The notes beneath the pieces are model-generated. The model made no database searches, was not told where the DNA came from, and saw only the letters and a list, made by a program, of their open reading frames with translations. The translations under genes were made by a program, and so were the position numbers. Source: a virus (lineage: Duplodnaviria; Caudoviricetes). From it: a DNA stretch of 64,000 bases. Below, one piece after another: positions 9,913 through 20,477 of this stretch. The first letter of the stretch is position 1. Every line of letters begins with the position of its first letter. The stretch is taken from IMG/VR virus record IMGVR_UViG_3300013121_000001, positions 1 through 64,000 of that record; one strand, written 5' to 3'.

Positions 9913-12900
9913 AGACTACTCTCCAGAATTTCAACAAGATGGTACATATACATTTGCACTTAATGCGATGAAAAGTATTGAAAATATTGAAGCATTACAA
10001 AATGAAATGAGTAATAGAAAATGTGTAGATCTACCGTATAAACTTATAGGTGCAATATTTATTAATGATGTATTTGTTGTGTTCCTAACAGATAACATTA
10101 ATAGTGAAATAGGAATATTTAATCCTGAACAATGCTCATATACTAAACTAGATGTTGCATGTAACTTAAATCTTAGTCAGTCTAACTTAGTACGTGGAGT
10201 ATCTAAAGTATTAAACTATTGTAATGAGCGCATTATCTATTGGACAGATGGTATAAATCCCTATAGATATCTAAATATAGATAGACTTGATGATGTACTT
10301 AACTGTAATTACTTAGATTTGTTTACGTGTAATCAGGACGAAGTAGTAGGAGAAGCCAGTTTAATTAGTGGCGGTGGGTTTTTATTAACAGGAGTATATC
10401 AAGTAATACTTAGGTATAATAATCAATCAGTAGTAAGCGCTCCAATATTTATTAGTAACATAGTACCTGTAATTGATGAGTCTATTGGAGAAGCATGGCA
10501 ACATATTGATGGTGCACCGGCATTAACAACAACCAATAAGTCTATAGAGTTAGTAATAACAGAAGGATTGAATCCAGCAAACAAAGCTGTAGATATAATA
10601 CTTGCATCTTATTTAAATGGGAAGTTAGAATTTAGAATAATAGATACTGTTGAGATAGTAGAAGATAGCCTAAAATATATTGTGTCCATTAATAATGGTA
10701 CAACGGTAGATCAAGTAACTCTTTCTTCATCTAGCTACAGAGTGGGAGAGATAATTACGGAACACAATGGAAGACTGTTGCTAGGTAATATTAAGAAGGC
10801 TAATAATATAAACTATCAAGCTTTAGCTAACAATATAAAGATTAAATGGGCTAGTGTAAAGATACCACTTGAAGAGACATACAAGACTGACTTTAGATTT
10901 AAGTCATTTATGAGAGATGAAGTATATGCATTTGCCATAGTTTGGAAGTTTTGTGATGGTACATACAGTCCAGCATATCATATACCTGGACCTAAAATGT
11001 CTGGATTACAACACGATGTGATACAATCTAAGCTTCTAATATCAGAAGGCATTACTGGGTTTGAAGCTGAGAATACATACGAAGATATAACATATAGTAA
11101 CTTATCAGACATTGTACCTGCAAATGATATAAATAACTATTTTGGATGTCCTACTCCTGCATGGAAAGTATTTAATATGGCAGCTACTACAGACTATCCA
11201 CACGAAGAAATGACTACAGAAGATCTATGCAATATTAATTATGCTACTAATATAAAGATTTGGGAGTCAGGCGAAATGTCATATCATCAATATGATGAAC
11301 GATATCCTACTATACAAGACTGTGATGGTGAATACATATATCCACACACAATAAATACGTGTGAGAATGACTATAGTATTAGCATACAAACATCTATTAA
11401 TATAGACGGTGATTTAGTAATTACTCCTACTATATTACCATATAACTATAATACAGAATTAGAAATAAACTATTATAATGGATCAGACTTATATGCTACT
11501 ACGCAAGCAGAAACAACAATTTCTATACCACAATATATATTTAACAATCCAGTAACCGTAGAGATAAGTTTAACTGGATTAGATAATAACTTATATACAC
11601 AAAGTTTTACTGTTGATTATACATCAACTATTATAACGGTACAAATGTTGTGCGAAGTTGGATTAGTTATTATGGATAAAGTAAGACACCATAGAATGCC
11701 CAGTATAGGGCTAACACCACACTTTGAAAACAGTGGGACATTTGTAGAGAATAAATGGTGCAATACGAATGTTGGAGGTAGTGACATTCTAATAGATGTT
11801 AATCCAAGTAATACGCCATCGTGGGGAAATAAGAAAATATACCCACTATCAATAGTTGTAGAAAATATACAATTACCACAAGATAGTGAAGTAGAAGTAG
11901 TAGGATATGAAATCGTTTATGTAAAGCGTACTGATTTAAATAGTACTATAATTGCAAAAGGTGTATTACATAACACTGCCATTGCAGCTATATCAGAAGG
12001 ACTACAGCTAGGTGTTATACCTTTGTGGGTAGTAAATGGTATGCCTAATAATAACTATCAGATACAGCCAGACTCAGATCAAAACCCATATTATATATTT
12101 AAGAATTCTTTTGGTACTGGTGCAGCATTATCAAACTTAGCGTATTGGAAAAGCAAACAGTATAAGTTTATGTCTCCAGATACAAGCTTTAAAAAACCAT
12201 CTATATTGAGTAATCATATGGTAGCTGAGGCAGTATTTAAAGGAGACGGTGTTTTATACAGACCGCTTAGCTGGACACCAGGTCCGGGCAACTCTACTCC
12301 TAACGCCTGCTTCTCTCATAATGTTAGTATTACAGATCTTGTATTTAGAAAATATAATATAAACTTTCCTGTAGTTAGAGCATCATATATGGATGCACAT
12401 ACTTTGTTAGAAGGATTTGAATATAAGTTTGTTAATATGTTTCAAGAAAGTGGTGTAGCATTGCAGCTTTCAAGACGTGCCTTGTGGAATTTATCTTATG
12501 CTGAAGATGAATCTTACAATTGTTGGGATGGATTACTTCCATATACAGGCATATCTTCTAATAACAATAGGCAGCCACAAGAACTCTTTACTGATAAATC
12601 ATTAGCAATATGGTGGACACCTACAACTAATTCAGAATGTATACAAGTAAATTGTGCAACAGCATATTATGCATCGTTAAAACGAGATGTTAAATATAAT
12701 TCAGTTAATACACTTGTATATAATAGAATAGGTTCATATAACAATGGAGTAAATATATTTGGAGATAGTTTTATCTGCTATTGGGCATATAGACGTACTC
12801 ACTTATTGTACTTAGAATCAGACGATCCTTACTATGGATATGTTCCTGGAGAGTGGGACGTAGAACCACCAAACTCTCTACTATTTCCAGGTATACCAGA

Positions 12901-14617
12901 CAATACCTTAATACACACAATAGTAGAAAGTAATATAGATGTTAATCTTAGACATGAAGGTGAACAGCCTAATGGAGAAACATATTATCCAAAACTATTT
13001 AATGGATCTTATCCTTTAGCCAGATCAATACACGGATATCTATCTGATTTTAGACTAACAAAAATACCAGATCCAGATAATGAAGATGATACTATACTTG
13101 CATTTGTTAATGAAGGTATTGATAATTATAATGCATATAATGAAGACTATTCATATACAGATATTATAAATGCATTTCCTACTATAAGTAGCCAAAGAGA
13201 CTTGTGTGATTGTGATAATAGTTTAAGAAATACATTTGTTGTATCAGAAGAGGACTCTAACGAATTTGATGGTTGGCGTGTATTTAAACCATTAAATTAT
13301 ATTGAGATACCAAGAAGTTCAGGTGAGCTAAAAAACTTGTTCTCGATGGGTAATAACTTGTTTGCACACACAACGAATAACATATGGAGACTTCTAACAA
13401 GTCAAACACAATTACAAACTAATAGTTCTAACGTGTATATAGGTACTGGAGATTTGTTCTCTTCAACACCCCAATACATATATTTAGTTACAGAAGGATT
13501 CGCTGGGTCACAGCAGTTTAATGGCTATCTATTAAATACTACGGGTTATCATTTTATTGATGCTTATGCAGGTAGAGTATTTAACTTTACAGAAGAGGGA
13601 ATGAAGACGTTAGAAAAAGGATTAATGAAGTGGTTAATAGAACATTCTAAGTTTGAATTAGTACAACAAGTCCCTGGCTATAATAACATTGATAATACAA
13701 TATTAGGTATAGGATGGCATTATGGATATGACCATGTATACAACAGAGTAATGATTACAAAGATTGATTATAAGTTTAAAGATGAATCATTGTTTGGAGG
13801 TACGTTATCTGAAACCGATTGTGTTGTAGGAAATATTTATTTACATCAAGATGGCAGGTTTGTAGTTATTGCAGATACTGATTGTAGCTATTCATTTATT
13901 GAATTAACAAACGAGGAGTATTTTTGTAACGTATCTTGGACACTCAGCTATTCTACACTCTTATCAATGTTCGTTTCATGGCATAGTTATATACCTTATA
14001 GATATATACAAACGCGTAACAAACTATTTTCAGTAGTTGATACAAGTATATATCAGCACAACATTCCTAATACTTACCAAACATTCTATGAAGAGTATAA
14101 GCCATTTATAATTGAGTTTCCTACAAAATCTAAAACAACACAGTGGACTGATAGTATGGAATATTATCAAGACGCATATGTTTATGATCCAAATTATAAA
14201 AAGGAACTATCAAGAAACATTACCTTTACACATGGCGTAATATATAATACTACTCAAAATTCAGGATTGTTTGAATTTGTATATAAGGACGACTCTCAAG
14301 AAGATAGTATGTACTTATCTATAAAAGAAGAATTGAATAAAGTAAGAGTTACACGTATTGAAAAATCCTGGTTCTATAATGAGTTTGTGGATAATGTAAT
14401 TGATAACACTATACCACACACAACATCTGAATGTATTGATCCCATAGACGAACAACCGAATATAGTAGCTATAGATGCAACAAAGCCATACTATAATAGG
14501 ATGTACTTTAGAGATAGTTATATTACTCAAAGATTAATATTAGATAGTGTACAATATAATAATGTAAGATTTGTTGTTAAAGTATTTGCAAGTACAATAA
14601 CTAAAAGTTTAAGATAA
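9869..14617 (+). CDS. Tail stabilisation (P22 gp10-like)/muzzle protein
   Basis: 1582 aa with motifs GINRD..P, IYWTDG.NPYRYLNID, FMRDEVYAFAIV...S.AYHIPG, RHHRMP, FGDSFI and SWTLSYS...SWHSYIP, characteristic of crAss-like stabilisation proteins. Confidence 0.8.
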   Translation: MQDIGQQQPSLGINRDYSPEFQQDGTYTFALNAMKSIENIEALQNEMSNRKCVDLPYKLIGAIFINDVFVVFLTDNINSEIGIFNPEQCSYTKLDVACNLNLSQSNLVRGVSKVLNYCNERIIYWTDGINPYRYLNIDRLDDVLNCNYLDLFTCNQDEVVGEASLISGGGFLLTGVYQVILRYNNQSVVSAPIFISNIVPVIDESIGEAWQHIDGAPALTTTNKSIELVITEGLNPANKAVDIILASYLNGKLEFRIIDTVEIVEDSLKYIVSINNGTTVDQVTLSSSSYRVGEIITEHNGRLLLGNIKKANNINYQALANNIKIKWASVKIPLEETYKTDFRFKSFMRDEVYAFAIVWKFCDGTYSPAYHIPGPKMSGLQHDVIQSKLLISEGITGFEAENTYEDITYSNLSDIVPANDINNYFGCPTPAWKVFNMAATTDYPHEEMTTEDLCNINYATNIKIWESGEMSYHQYDERYPTIQDCDGEYIYPHTINTCENDYSISIQTSINIDGDLVITPTILPYNYNTELEINYYNGSDLYATTQAETTISIPQYIFNNPVTVEISLTGLDNNLYTQSFTVDYTSTIITVQMLCEVGLVIMDKVRHHRMPSIGLTPHFENSGTFVENKWCNTNVGGSDILIDVNPSNTPSWGNKKIYPLSIVVENIQLPQDSEVEVVGYEIVYVKRTDLNSTIIAKGVLHNTAIAAISEGLQLGVIPLWVVNGMPNNNYQIQPDSDQNPYYIFKNSFGTGAALSNLAYWKSKQYKFMSPDTSFKKPSILSNHMVAEAVFKGDGVLYRPLSWTPGPGNSTPNACFSHNVSITDLVFRKYNINFPVVRASYMDAHTLLEGFEYKFVNMFQESGVALQLSRRALWNLSYAEDESYNCWDGLLPYTGISSNNNRQPQELFTDKSLAIWWTPTTNSECIQVNCATAYYASLKRDVKYNSVNTLVYNRIGSYNNGVNIFGDSFICYWAYRRTHLLYLESDDPYYGYVPGEWDVEPPNSLLFPGIPDNTLIHTIVESNIDVNLRHEGEQPNGETYYPKLFNGSYPLARSIHGYLSDFRLTKIPDPDNEDDTILAFVNEGIDNYNAYNEDYSYTDIINAFPTISSQRDLCDCDNSLRNTFVVSEEDSNEFDGWRVFKPLNYIEIPRSSGELKNLFSMGNNLFAHTTNNIWRLLTSQTQLQTNSSNVYIGTGDLFSSTPQYIYLVTEGFAGSQQFNGYLLNTTGYHFIDAYAGRVFNFTEEGMKTLEKGLMKWLIEHSKFELVQQVPGYNNIDNTILGIGWHYGYDHVYNRVMITKIDYKFKDESLFGGTLSETDCVVGNIYLHQDGRFVVIADTDCSYSFIELTNEEYFCNVSWTLSYSTLLSMFVSWHSYIPYRYIQTRNKLFSVVDTSIYQHNIPNTYQTFYEEYKPFIIEFPTKSKTTQWTDSMEYYQDAYVYDPNYKKELSRNITFTHGVIYNTTQNSGLFEFVYKDDSQEDSMYLSIKEELNKVRVTRIEKSWFYNEFVDNVIDNTIPHTTSECIDPIDEQPNIVAIDATKPYYNRMYFRDSYITQRLILDSVQYNNVRFVVKVFASTITKSLR

Positions 14618-17600
14618 TGGCTAAGAATAAAAATAAAAAAACAAATCAAAACGATAACTGGCAAGAAGTCGGAGACTTAAGTCCAGAACAAATAAGATCC
14701 TTACTAGCACAAGGATATGATGTAGAAGTTGATGGACAAATGTATTATGCATATGGCGGACAGGTTCGACAATACAGCGGAGGCGGCAACACTAAATATA
14801 CACCTACCATAGACAATACAGGAGGAACTAGACAGCCTACACATAGAGATGATACTAATTATAATACATTAAAATATCTATTGGAATTATTAGGTGATAC
14901 AGCAACAGACCAAATTCCAGGCAACATAGTACCTGGAGTAAAGGTAGGATATGATCTTACTACTCATGGACCAATAACAGCTACTTTAGATGTAGCCAAA
15001 GTTCCAGCTCCCTGGGTTGGAGATGCATTAATAAATATTATACAAGACATTTTTACAGAAAAGTGGGATAGAAAATATTTTGGTACTACGCCATCATTGC
15101 CTGGATTTATAGATAGTACACCTAAAAAGAGACAGAAAAATGTAATGGCTTTAGGCAGTCAAATTCCACAATACGGGGGTGGAGGTAAGACAAAGTTCAA
15201 TGATAGGATTACTGTAATAGATCCGAAGACTTCTGAAATGTTAGAATATGAACCTAACAATGATGCGTTATATAGTAGCAACGGTACGCAGCTAGACTCT
15301 GATGATTATCGACACATTGCAGAATTATCATCGTATAAGAAAGCTAATGAAGAACAGGATAAAGCAATAAATAAAAAGCTAGCACTTAATAAAAGATTGA
15401 ATGATGATAAAAGAACTGCAGTTATTATATACAACTCAGATGCTAAAGACTTAATAGAAGTAGGTTCTACTTCAGAAGAACGTGTAAAAGCATATGCTGA
15501 ACGAGACGCTATACACGATTCAAATCCTAAGATAAATCAACTTTATGAAAGGATGCAACAAATACTAAACAGCGAAGGTACAGATAACTGGGATGAATAT
15601 GCTAGACTTCTTCCAACCTATGAAACTCTGTTGAAACCAAAGATGTCCCCTCGTAACTACCAAATATTATTCGGTAAAGAAACTCAGACGTTTGGCAGTG
15701 AGGCACAGAGATTGATACAAGGACTAAAGAAAACTGGCAAGTTTGACGAATATGCTGTTTACCCAACTTATAAAGATACTACTGGAATGAGAGAAATATT
15801 AAGCAGTATGAAAAGTAAAGATACTCCATTCTTATTAGATCACAGTAGTAGAGAAAAAATGTTCGGCATACCTTTAAACGTATTAGCTGAAATGTTTAAT
15901 AGAGATTTTCCAACGACTGTAAACAATGAACCATGTTATTGGGGATCTTGTTTTGGTGAAAACTTTATACCTGGATTTGTAGAAGGATCAAATCGTCCTG
16001 CATACGGTACATCTACAATGATGTGGAAAGGTCCAAGCACACGGTATTCAGATGTGCTAGATATAGTGTATCCACCAGGAGGTGATGCTGAAACAGATAG
16101 AAAACTGTATACGCCTAATGAAGAAAAAAATAAAGTAGATCAATATGGAAAAGGTGGGTTAGTTAAGGGTGGTACAGAGAAAGTACGGCAATATCAAAGA
16201 TGGTTAAATCAAAACTATAATGCTGGGTTAAAGGAAGATGGAGCATGGGGACCGAAAACACAAGCAGCATATGAGAAGTATGTAGTAGGTGCAGCATCTG
16301 ATTATGAGAACTATGTTATAAGTAACACACAGACAGAGAAACCTATTCCAAATAAAACTCCTGTTGTAGTGTCTAACAACGCTCCCACACCTACAGCTAT
16401 AAAATCCACAATGCCTGTGGTTAAAAAAGATACGACGCCTGTTGTGAAACCTATGCCAATGGATACATTTATTAAAGATATGGTACGTAACAATGGCTGG
16501 ATCCCTCAGCAATTACCAGGTGAAACAATAGGATTTTACACAGATCCTAATCCAGTAACTAAAGGATATCCATTTCCTAATTTTGTAATACCTTACAATA
16601 ATCAGTCTAATGTTAATACAACAATACCTGTTGTACAACCGACACAAACAAAATCTGCAAAGCAGACAAAGGAAGACTTTAAAACTATAGCAGAAGAGGT
16701 ACGCAAAGAAGCTGAACAAAGACTAAAAGAATATTATAATACAGATAATGTATCTGTAACAATAAGCGAGATAAACAGATCATTAGCAAACCAGTCAAAC
16801 GCTAAGAACAAAGGGGTTAGCAAAACTACGTTTGGTTCACACAATCTTGGAATGGCAGCTGATTATGATATTACAATAAATGGTAAGAAGCAGACAGGCA
16901 GTACACAAAAATCACTTGATCCATATAGAATATTAGGTGGTGTAGCAAAAGACTTTGGAATGTTTTGGGGATTGAAGTGGGACGCCAGACATATAAGTCC
17001 AAATAGGTATACTTCTCAAGTACTACAAAATAATCCTAGCTTAGCTGAGGATCCTAATGCGTATGCAATATATGCACAACACGCAGAAACAGCACCTGCA
17101 AACTTGCAACGTACATTGCAAGTGTTAGATTCTCTTTATAATGTTAATCCATCCAGATCTTATTATGGAGATCCTATAAAAGAGGAAGAATTACTTACAC
17201 CTTTATATCCTAAGACATATGCATATGGAGGTGAAACTTTATTTGGTGGCAATCTATTACCTGATTTTACTATTACAGCAGCACCAAGTTCACTAACAAA
17301 TTATCCTACAATAAATAAGGACTTAATACCTGATAATCCAATGACAGTTATTCCACCACCCTATACAGATCAATACAATCATAGTGATAAGATATTACCG
17401 AATGGGGTGCCGTATATGATTGCAAGCGAGCAATCTCGTAATCAATATCTCAACTCAATGAATCCAGTATCTCAACAAACACAACAGTTTAGGGATTATC
17501 CATCAACGTTTGCAGAGTTAGTTGCTGCAGTAGAGTCAGACTTTGGTAGACTAACATCTAATGCAAGCAGTAGTGCCGTTGGTGATTATCACTTTCTAAA

Positions 17601-17982
17601 GAAATATAATTGGGACAAAGTTAAAGAACAATTTCCATATCTAAAGTCATGGGACGACTTTAAAAACTGTAAGAGTTGTCAAGATGATTTTATTACTCAC
17701 ATGGAAAATACATGGTATGCAGATTCTGTAAAGACCATACGTAAGAATAATCTTGGTAAACAGTATAATGATTTATGGTTAAAGGCCTGTATACATAGTA
17801 AGGGTAGAGAAGGATGTATGGAATGTTTACGTCAAGGTAATTGTGACAAGTCTACATATAAGGCAGATGGCACAAGATTAAACATGGGATTGAGTGAATA
17901 TATGACTACCGCACAAGAGAGGGTAAAAAAAAGAAAACAACAACAACAAAAACTATATGGGGTGGATACAAAAAGCAACTAA
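14617..17982 (+). CDS. Modular cargo/ejection protein with PG-binding, M15-like peptidase and lysozyme-like domains
   Basis: PG_binding_1-like VRQYQRWLN..GLKEDGAWGPKTQAA. M15/LAS-type R-S...SHNLGMAAD...WDARH. SLT/lysozyme-like AVES...SSAVGDYHF. Repeated YxxGG motifs. Confidence 0.7.
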   Translation: MAKNKNKKTNQNDNWQEVGDLSPEQIRSLLAQGYDVEVDGQMYYAYGGQVRQYSGGGNTKYTPTIDNTGGTRQPTHRDDTNYNTLKYLLELLGDTATDQIPGNIVPGVKVGYDLTTHGPITATLDVAKVPAPWVGDALINIIQDIFTEKWDRKYFGTTPSLPGFIDSTPKKRQKNVMALGSQIPQYGGGGKTKFNDRITVIDPKTSEMLEYEPNNDALYSSNGTQLDSDDYRHIAELSSYKKANEEQDKAINKKLALNKRLNDDKRTAVIIYNSDAKDLIEVGSTSEERVKAYAERDAIHDSNPKINQLYERMQQILNSEGTDNWDEYARLLPTYETLLKPKMSPRNYQILFGKETQTFGSEAQRLIQGLKKTGKFDEYAVYPTYKDTTGMREILSSMKSKDTPFLLDHSSREKMFGIPLNVLAEMFNRDFPTTVNNEPCYWGSCFGENFIPGFVEGSNRPAYGTSTMMWKGPSTRYSDVLDIVYPPGGDAETDRKLYTPNEEKNKVDQYGKGGLVKGGTEKVRQYQRWLNQNYNAGLKEDGAWGPKTQAAYEKYVVGAASDYENYVISNTQTEKPIPNKTPVVVSNNAPTPTAIKSTMPVVKKDTTPVVKPMPMDTFIKDMVRNNGWIPQQLPGETIGFYTDPNPVTKGYPFPNFVIPYNNQSNVNTTIPVVQPTQTKSAKQTKEDFKTIAEEVRKEAEQRLKEYYNTDNVSVTISEINRSLANQSNAKNKGVSKTTFGSHNLGMAADYDITINGKKQTGSTQKSLDPYRILGGVAKDFGMFWGLKWDARHISPNRYTSQVLQNNPSLAEDPNAYAIYAQHAETAPANLQRTLQVLDSLYNVNPSRSYYGDPIKEEELLTPLYPKTYAYGGETLFGGNLLPDFTITAAPSSLTNYPTINKDLIPDNPMTVIPPPYTDQYNHSDKILPNGVPYMIASEQSRNQYLNSMNPVSQQTQQFRDYPSTFAELVAAVESDFGRLTSNASSSAVGDYHFLKKYNWDKVKEQFPYLKSWDDFKNCKSCQDDFITHMENTWYADSVKTIRKNNLGKQYNDLWLKACIHSKGREGCMECLRQGNCDKSTYKADGTRLNMGLSEYMTTAQERVKKRKQQQQKLYGVDTKSN

Positions 17983-18103
17983 AAGTATAGAGAAAAGAGG
18001 AACCAAAGGTAAGTGTACTCCAATAACAAAACCAGGATGCACTGGTAAAGCTAAAACTTTAGCTCTGACGTTTAAGAAAATGGCTAAACAAAGAAAAAAA
18101 TAA
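17957..18103 (+). CDS. Small basic protein (48 aa) missed by the ORF track
   Basis: Hand translation: MGWIQKATKSIEKRGTKGKCTPITKPGCTGKAKTLALTFKKMAKQRKK. It fills the gap exactly, with its stop 1 nt before the next ATG. Confidence 0.7.
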   Translation: MGWIQKATKSIEKRGTKGKCTPITKPGCTGKAKTLALTFKKMAKQRKK

Positions 18104-18104
18104 T

Positions 18105-20474
18105 ATGGCAAGAATAAGAAAATCAGTTCCAAAGTATGAACTTGGAATAGAATCAGTAGAAGATAAACGTAGGTCAGATTTATACGGAGATTTATCTCAT
18201 GCTTTTATTACAGGTACTACAGCTTTGGCAAATGTAGGAACATTTAAAGAAAATGAAATACTACAAGGCATTGGTCAAGGATCACAGTTAGGTGGTTCCA
18301 TTGGTTCACTTGCTGGACCAATAGGTGGGTTAATCGGCGCAGGTGCTGGCGCTATCGGTGGTGCTATGTTTGGTGCAGCGCAAAAGAAAAAGCGAGAAGC
18401 TATTGAAGAGAGACAACGCGAAATGCAGCGTGCTGCAGCTTTAGATCAATTTAGAAATGCAAACACGTTTGGGCTAGACTTTGGACAATCTCCGATTACA
18501 TTTGATAACGGTACAACAAATCCACTTACTCCACACAACCCTGATTTTATAACTGTAACAGAAACACGTCCGCCACCAAAGGAAACTATCGCATACTATA
18601 AATCTCAAATAGAACATAATGATAGAGTCATGGAGCAGTTCGCTCAAGCAAGACAACAGTATGTTATTGATCAACTTAACTCATTAGTTAAGAGTATGAT
18701 TGAACCTGCTGACAGAAAGACAAAGAAAGATAATGTAGATAAAACAGAAACGATACAGCTAAGTAATAGAGATGTATCAAGAGCTTCTGGTAAAGCTAAG
18801 AAGTTCTTCTTTGAAGATGGAGGTACAATAGAAGCACAACTAGAAAAAAGAAACGGTGTAGTAGAACCAATACTTACACCAGATAATAAGTTAATAGATA
18901 GCAAGGCTCGTACTACACACGAAAACCAAGATCCTAGTAATGTTACAGATGAGTTAAAACCAGGCTCTAAAATATTTAGCGCTAAGAAATATAAAAGTAA
19001 TTCAATAGGAATTGCAGCACAAGTAGCTAAAAAACTTGGTGTAAATATTGATGACAAATCAATAAATAAGGTATTAGATAAACAACCTAGTAGTATATCG
19101 CCAGCAGAATTAGCTAACTTAGCTAAGAAGTATCAAACAAAAAATACTGTAAATTCATTTGATACAGACATACTTAAACAACGTTCGTTTAGTAGATATA
19201 CAGACATTGCTGAACAGGTAAATAGTCTGGTTAGTCCAGATGAAAAAACTATAACGCAACTACCAAATCAACAACAAGCAGTACCACAATTTGCAGATGG
19301 TACGGATGGATGTGCTGGACATACAGCACAGTTGAAAGGTATCATGGTTAATGGAAGGTTTGCATGGGATCAAGTAGTATCTTGCCCAGCTGGATGCGTA
19401 ACAACTGATACACCAGTAGGTAAAGTAGGTGATATTATTAGTGTATCTTGCGTGAAGTCTGGCGGTTCAAGTAATAAAGGTCCAAGTAATACACCATCTA
19501 AACCTTCAGATGGGACTAAAAAGGATCCAATAAAGGATGAAACCACATATGAAACTTGTTATAGTAGGTGTATACAAGCAATGGCGGGTATATCTCCTGA
19601 ATCTGCAGATGTTGTGTGTTCTACACGATGTGAAAAGTACAAGTCGCCATCAGAACTAGGTGGAGATAGAATAGGTGGATTTACCACAACAGGTCCTAGT
19701 GGTAGTAAAATAGCTGGTACAGTAAAAGACCAATTTCCAGACTATAGACTAAAACCACCGTTTGATATGTATCACAACTATAATTGTGAATTGTGTAAGT
19801 CATCCATGCGTGAGCAGGGCAAACCAGAGTATCTATGTAATGATATTTGTGGGGGTGAGATCCCTAATACGACTAAAGAAAAAGATATAGAACGTAGAAG
19901 AATATCACCTGACACTTTAAACTTTGCATTAGCTAACTCAGCTAACATATTTAATCTAATGAAAACCAGACAACAGCAAATGTATCCATATGTGCATACA
20001 CCATTTAAGAAAACAGATACTGTACCTATTAGTACAGCAGATCATATATTAAGTAGTGCTCATCCTATTATGCAAGATTACTTAAGATCAGGTAGTCCTG
20101 CTGGATTAGCAATGTCAATGCAAGCTTACAACTCTGCGTTACAAGGTAGAAATGAATATGTTAATCAATTGCAAAACATAAATAAAAACATAGATGTGCA
20201 GAATACATCTGCGTTTAATAGAAATGCAGAAGTTAATGCAACTAACTTTAACAACTGGGGTCAAGATGCTACAGCATTAAGTAATGCTAAGTTAATGGCT
20301 GGACCACAAACTATGGCAAAGGCTGCTGAGAATTCACAGGAGTATGTTGCAACTGTATATAAGAGATTATACGAGAAACAACTTTCAGACTACTTACAAA
20401 AAGCTGCTGGATTACCAGCTGGATCTTTTCCAACTATTTCACTACCAGCTTGGATGTACGAACAAAACACATAA
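18105..20474 (+). CDS. Cargo/ejection protein with glycine-zipper transmembrane segment
   Basis: GIGQGSQLGGSIGSLAGPIGGLIGAGAGAIGGAMFG followed by a charged coiled coil. Also FEDGG/FADG motifs and a Cys-rich insert. Position is typical of crAss cargo protein 1. Confidence 0.6.
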   Translation: MARIRKSVPKYELGIESVEDKRRSDLYGDLSHAFITGTTALANVGTFKENEILQGIGQGSQLGGSIGSLAGPIGGLIGAGAGAIGGAMFGAAQKKKREAIEERQREMQRAAALDQFRNANTFGLDFGQSPITFDNGTTNPLTPHNPDFITVTETRPPPKETIAYYKSQIEHNDRVMEQFAQARQQYVIDQLNSLVKSMIEPADRKTKKDNVDKTETIQLSNRDVSRASGKAKKFFFEDGGTIEAQLEKRNGVVEPILTPDNKLIDSKARTTHENQDPSNVTDELKPGSKIFSAKKYKSNSIGIAAQVAKKLGVNIDDKSINKVLDKQPSSISPAELANLAKKYQTKNTVNSFDTDILKQRSFSRYTDIAEQVNSLVSPDEKTITQLPNQQQAVPQFADGTDGCAGHTAQLKGIMVNGRFAWDQVVSCPAGCVTTDTPVGKVGDIISVSCVKSGGSSNKGPSNTPSKPSDGTKKDPIKDETTYETCYSRCIQAMAGISPESADVVCSTRCEKYKSPSELGGDRIGGFTTTGPSGSKIAGTVKDQFPDYRLKPPFDMYHNYNCELCKSSMREQGKPEYLCNDICGGEIPNTTKEKDIERRRISPDTLNFALANSANIFNLMKTRQQQMYPYVHTPFKKTDTVPISTADHILSSAHPIMQDYLRSGSPAGLAMSMQAYNSALQGRNEYVNQLQNINKNIDVQNTSAFNRNAEVNATNFNNWGQDATALSNAKLMAGPQTMAKAAENSQEYVATVYKRLYEKQLSDYLQKAAGLPAGSFPTISLPAWMYEQNT

Positions 20475-20477
20475 ACA

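Noticed and set aside
17925-17932. A8 run that could fuse the hydrolase cargo gene to the 48-aa ORF by a +1 shift
   Set aside because: The small ORF has its own ATG with an A-rich leader and no stimulatory structure is evident.
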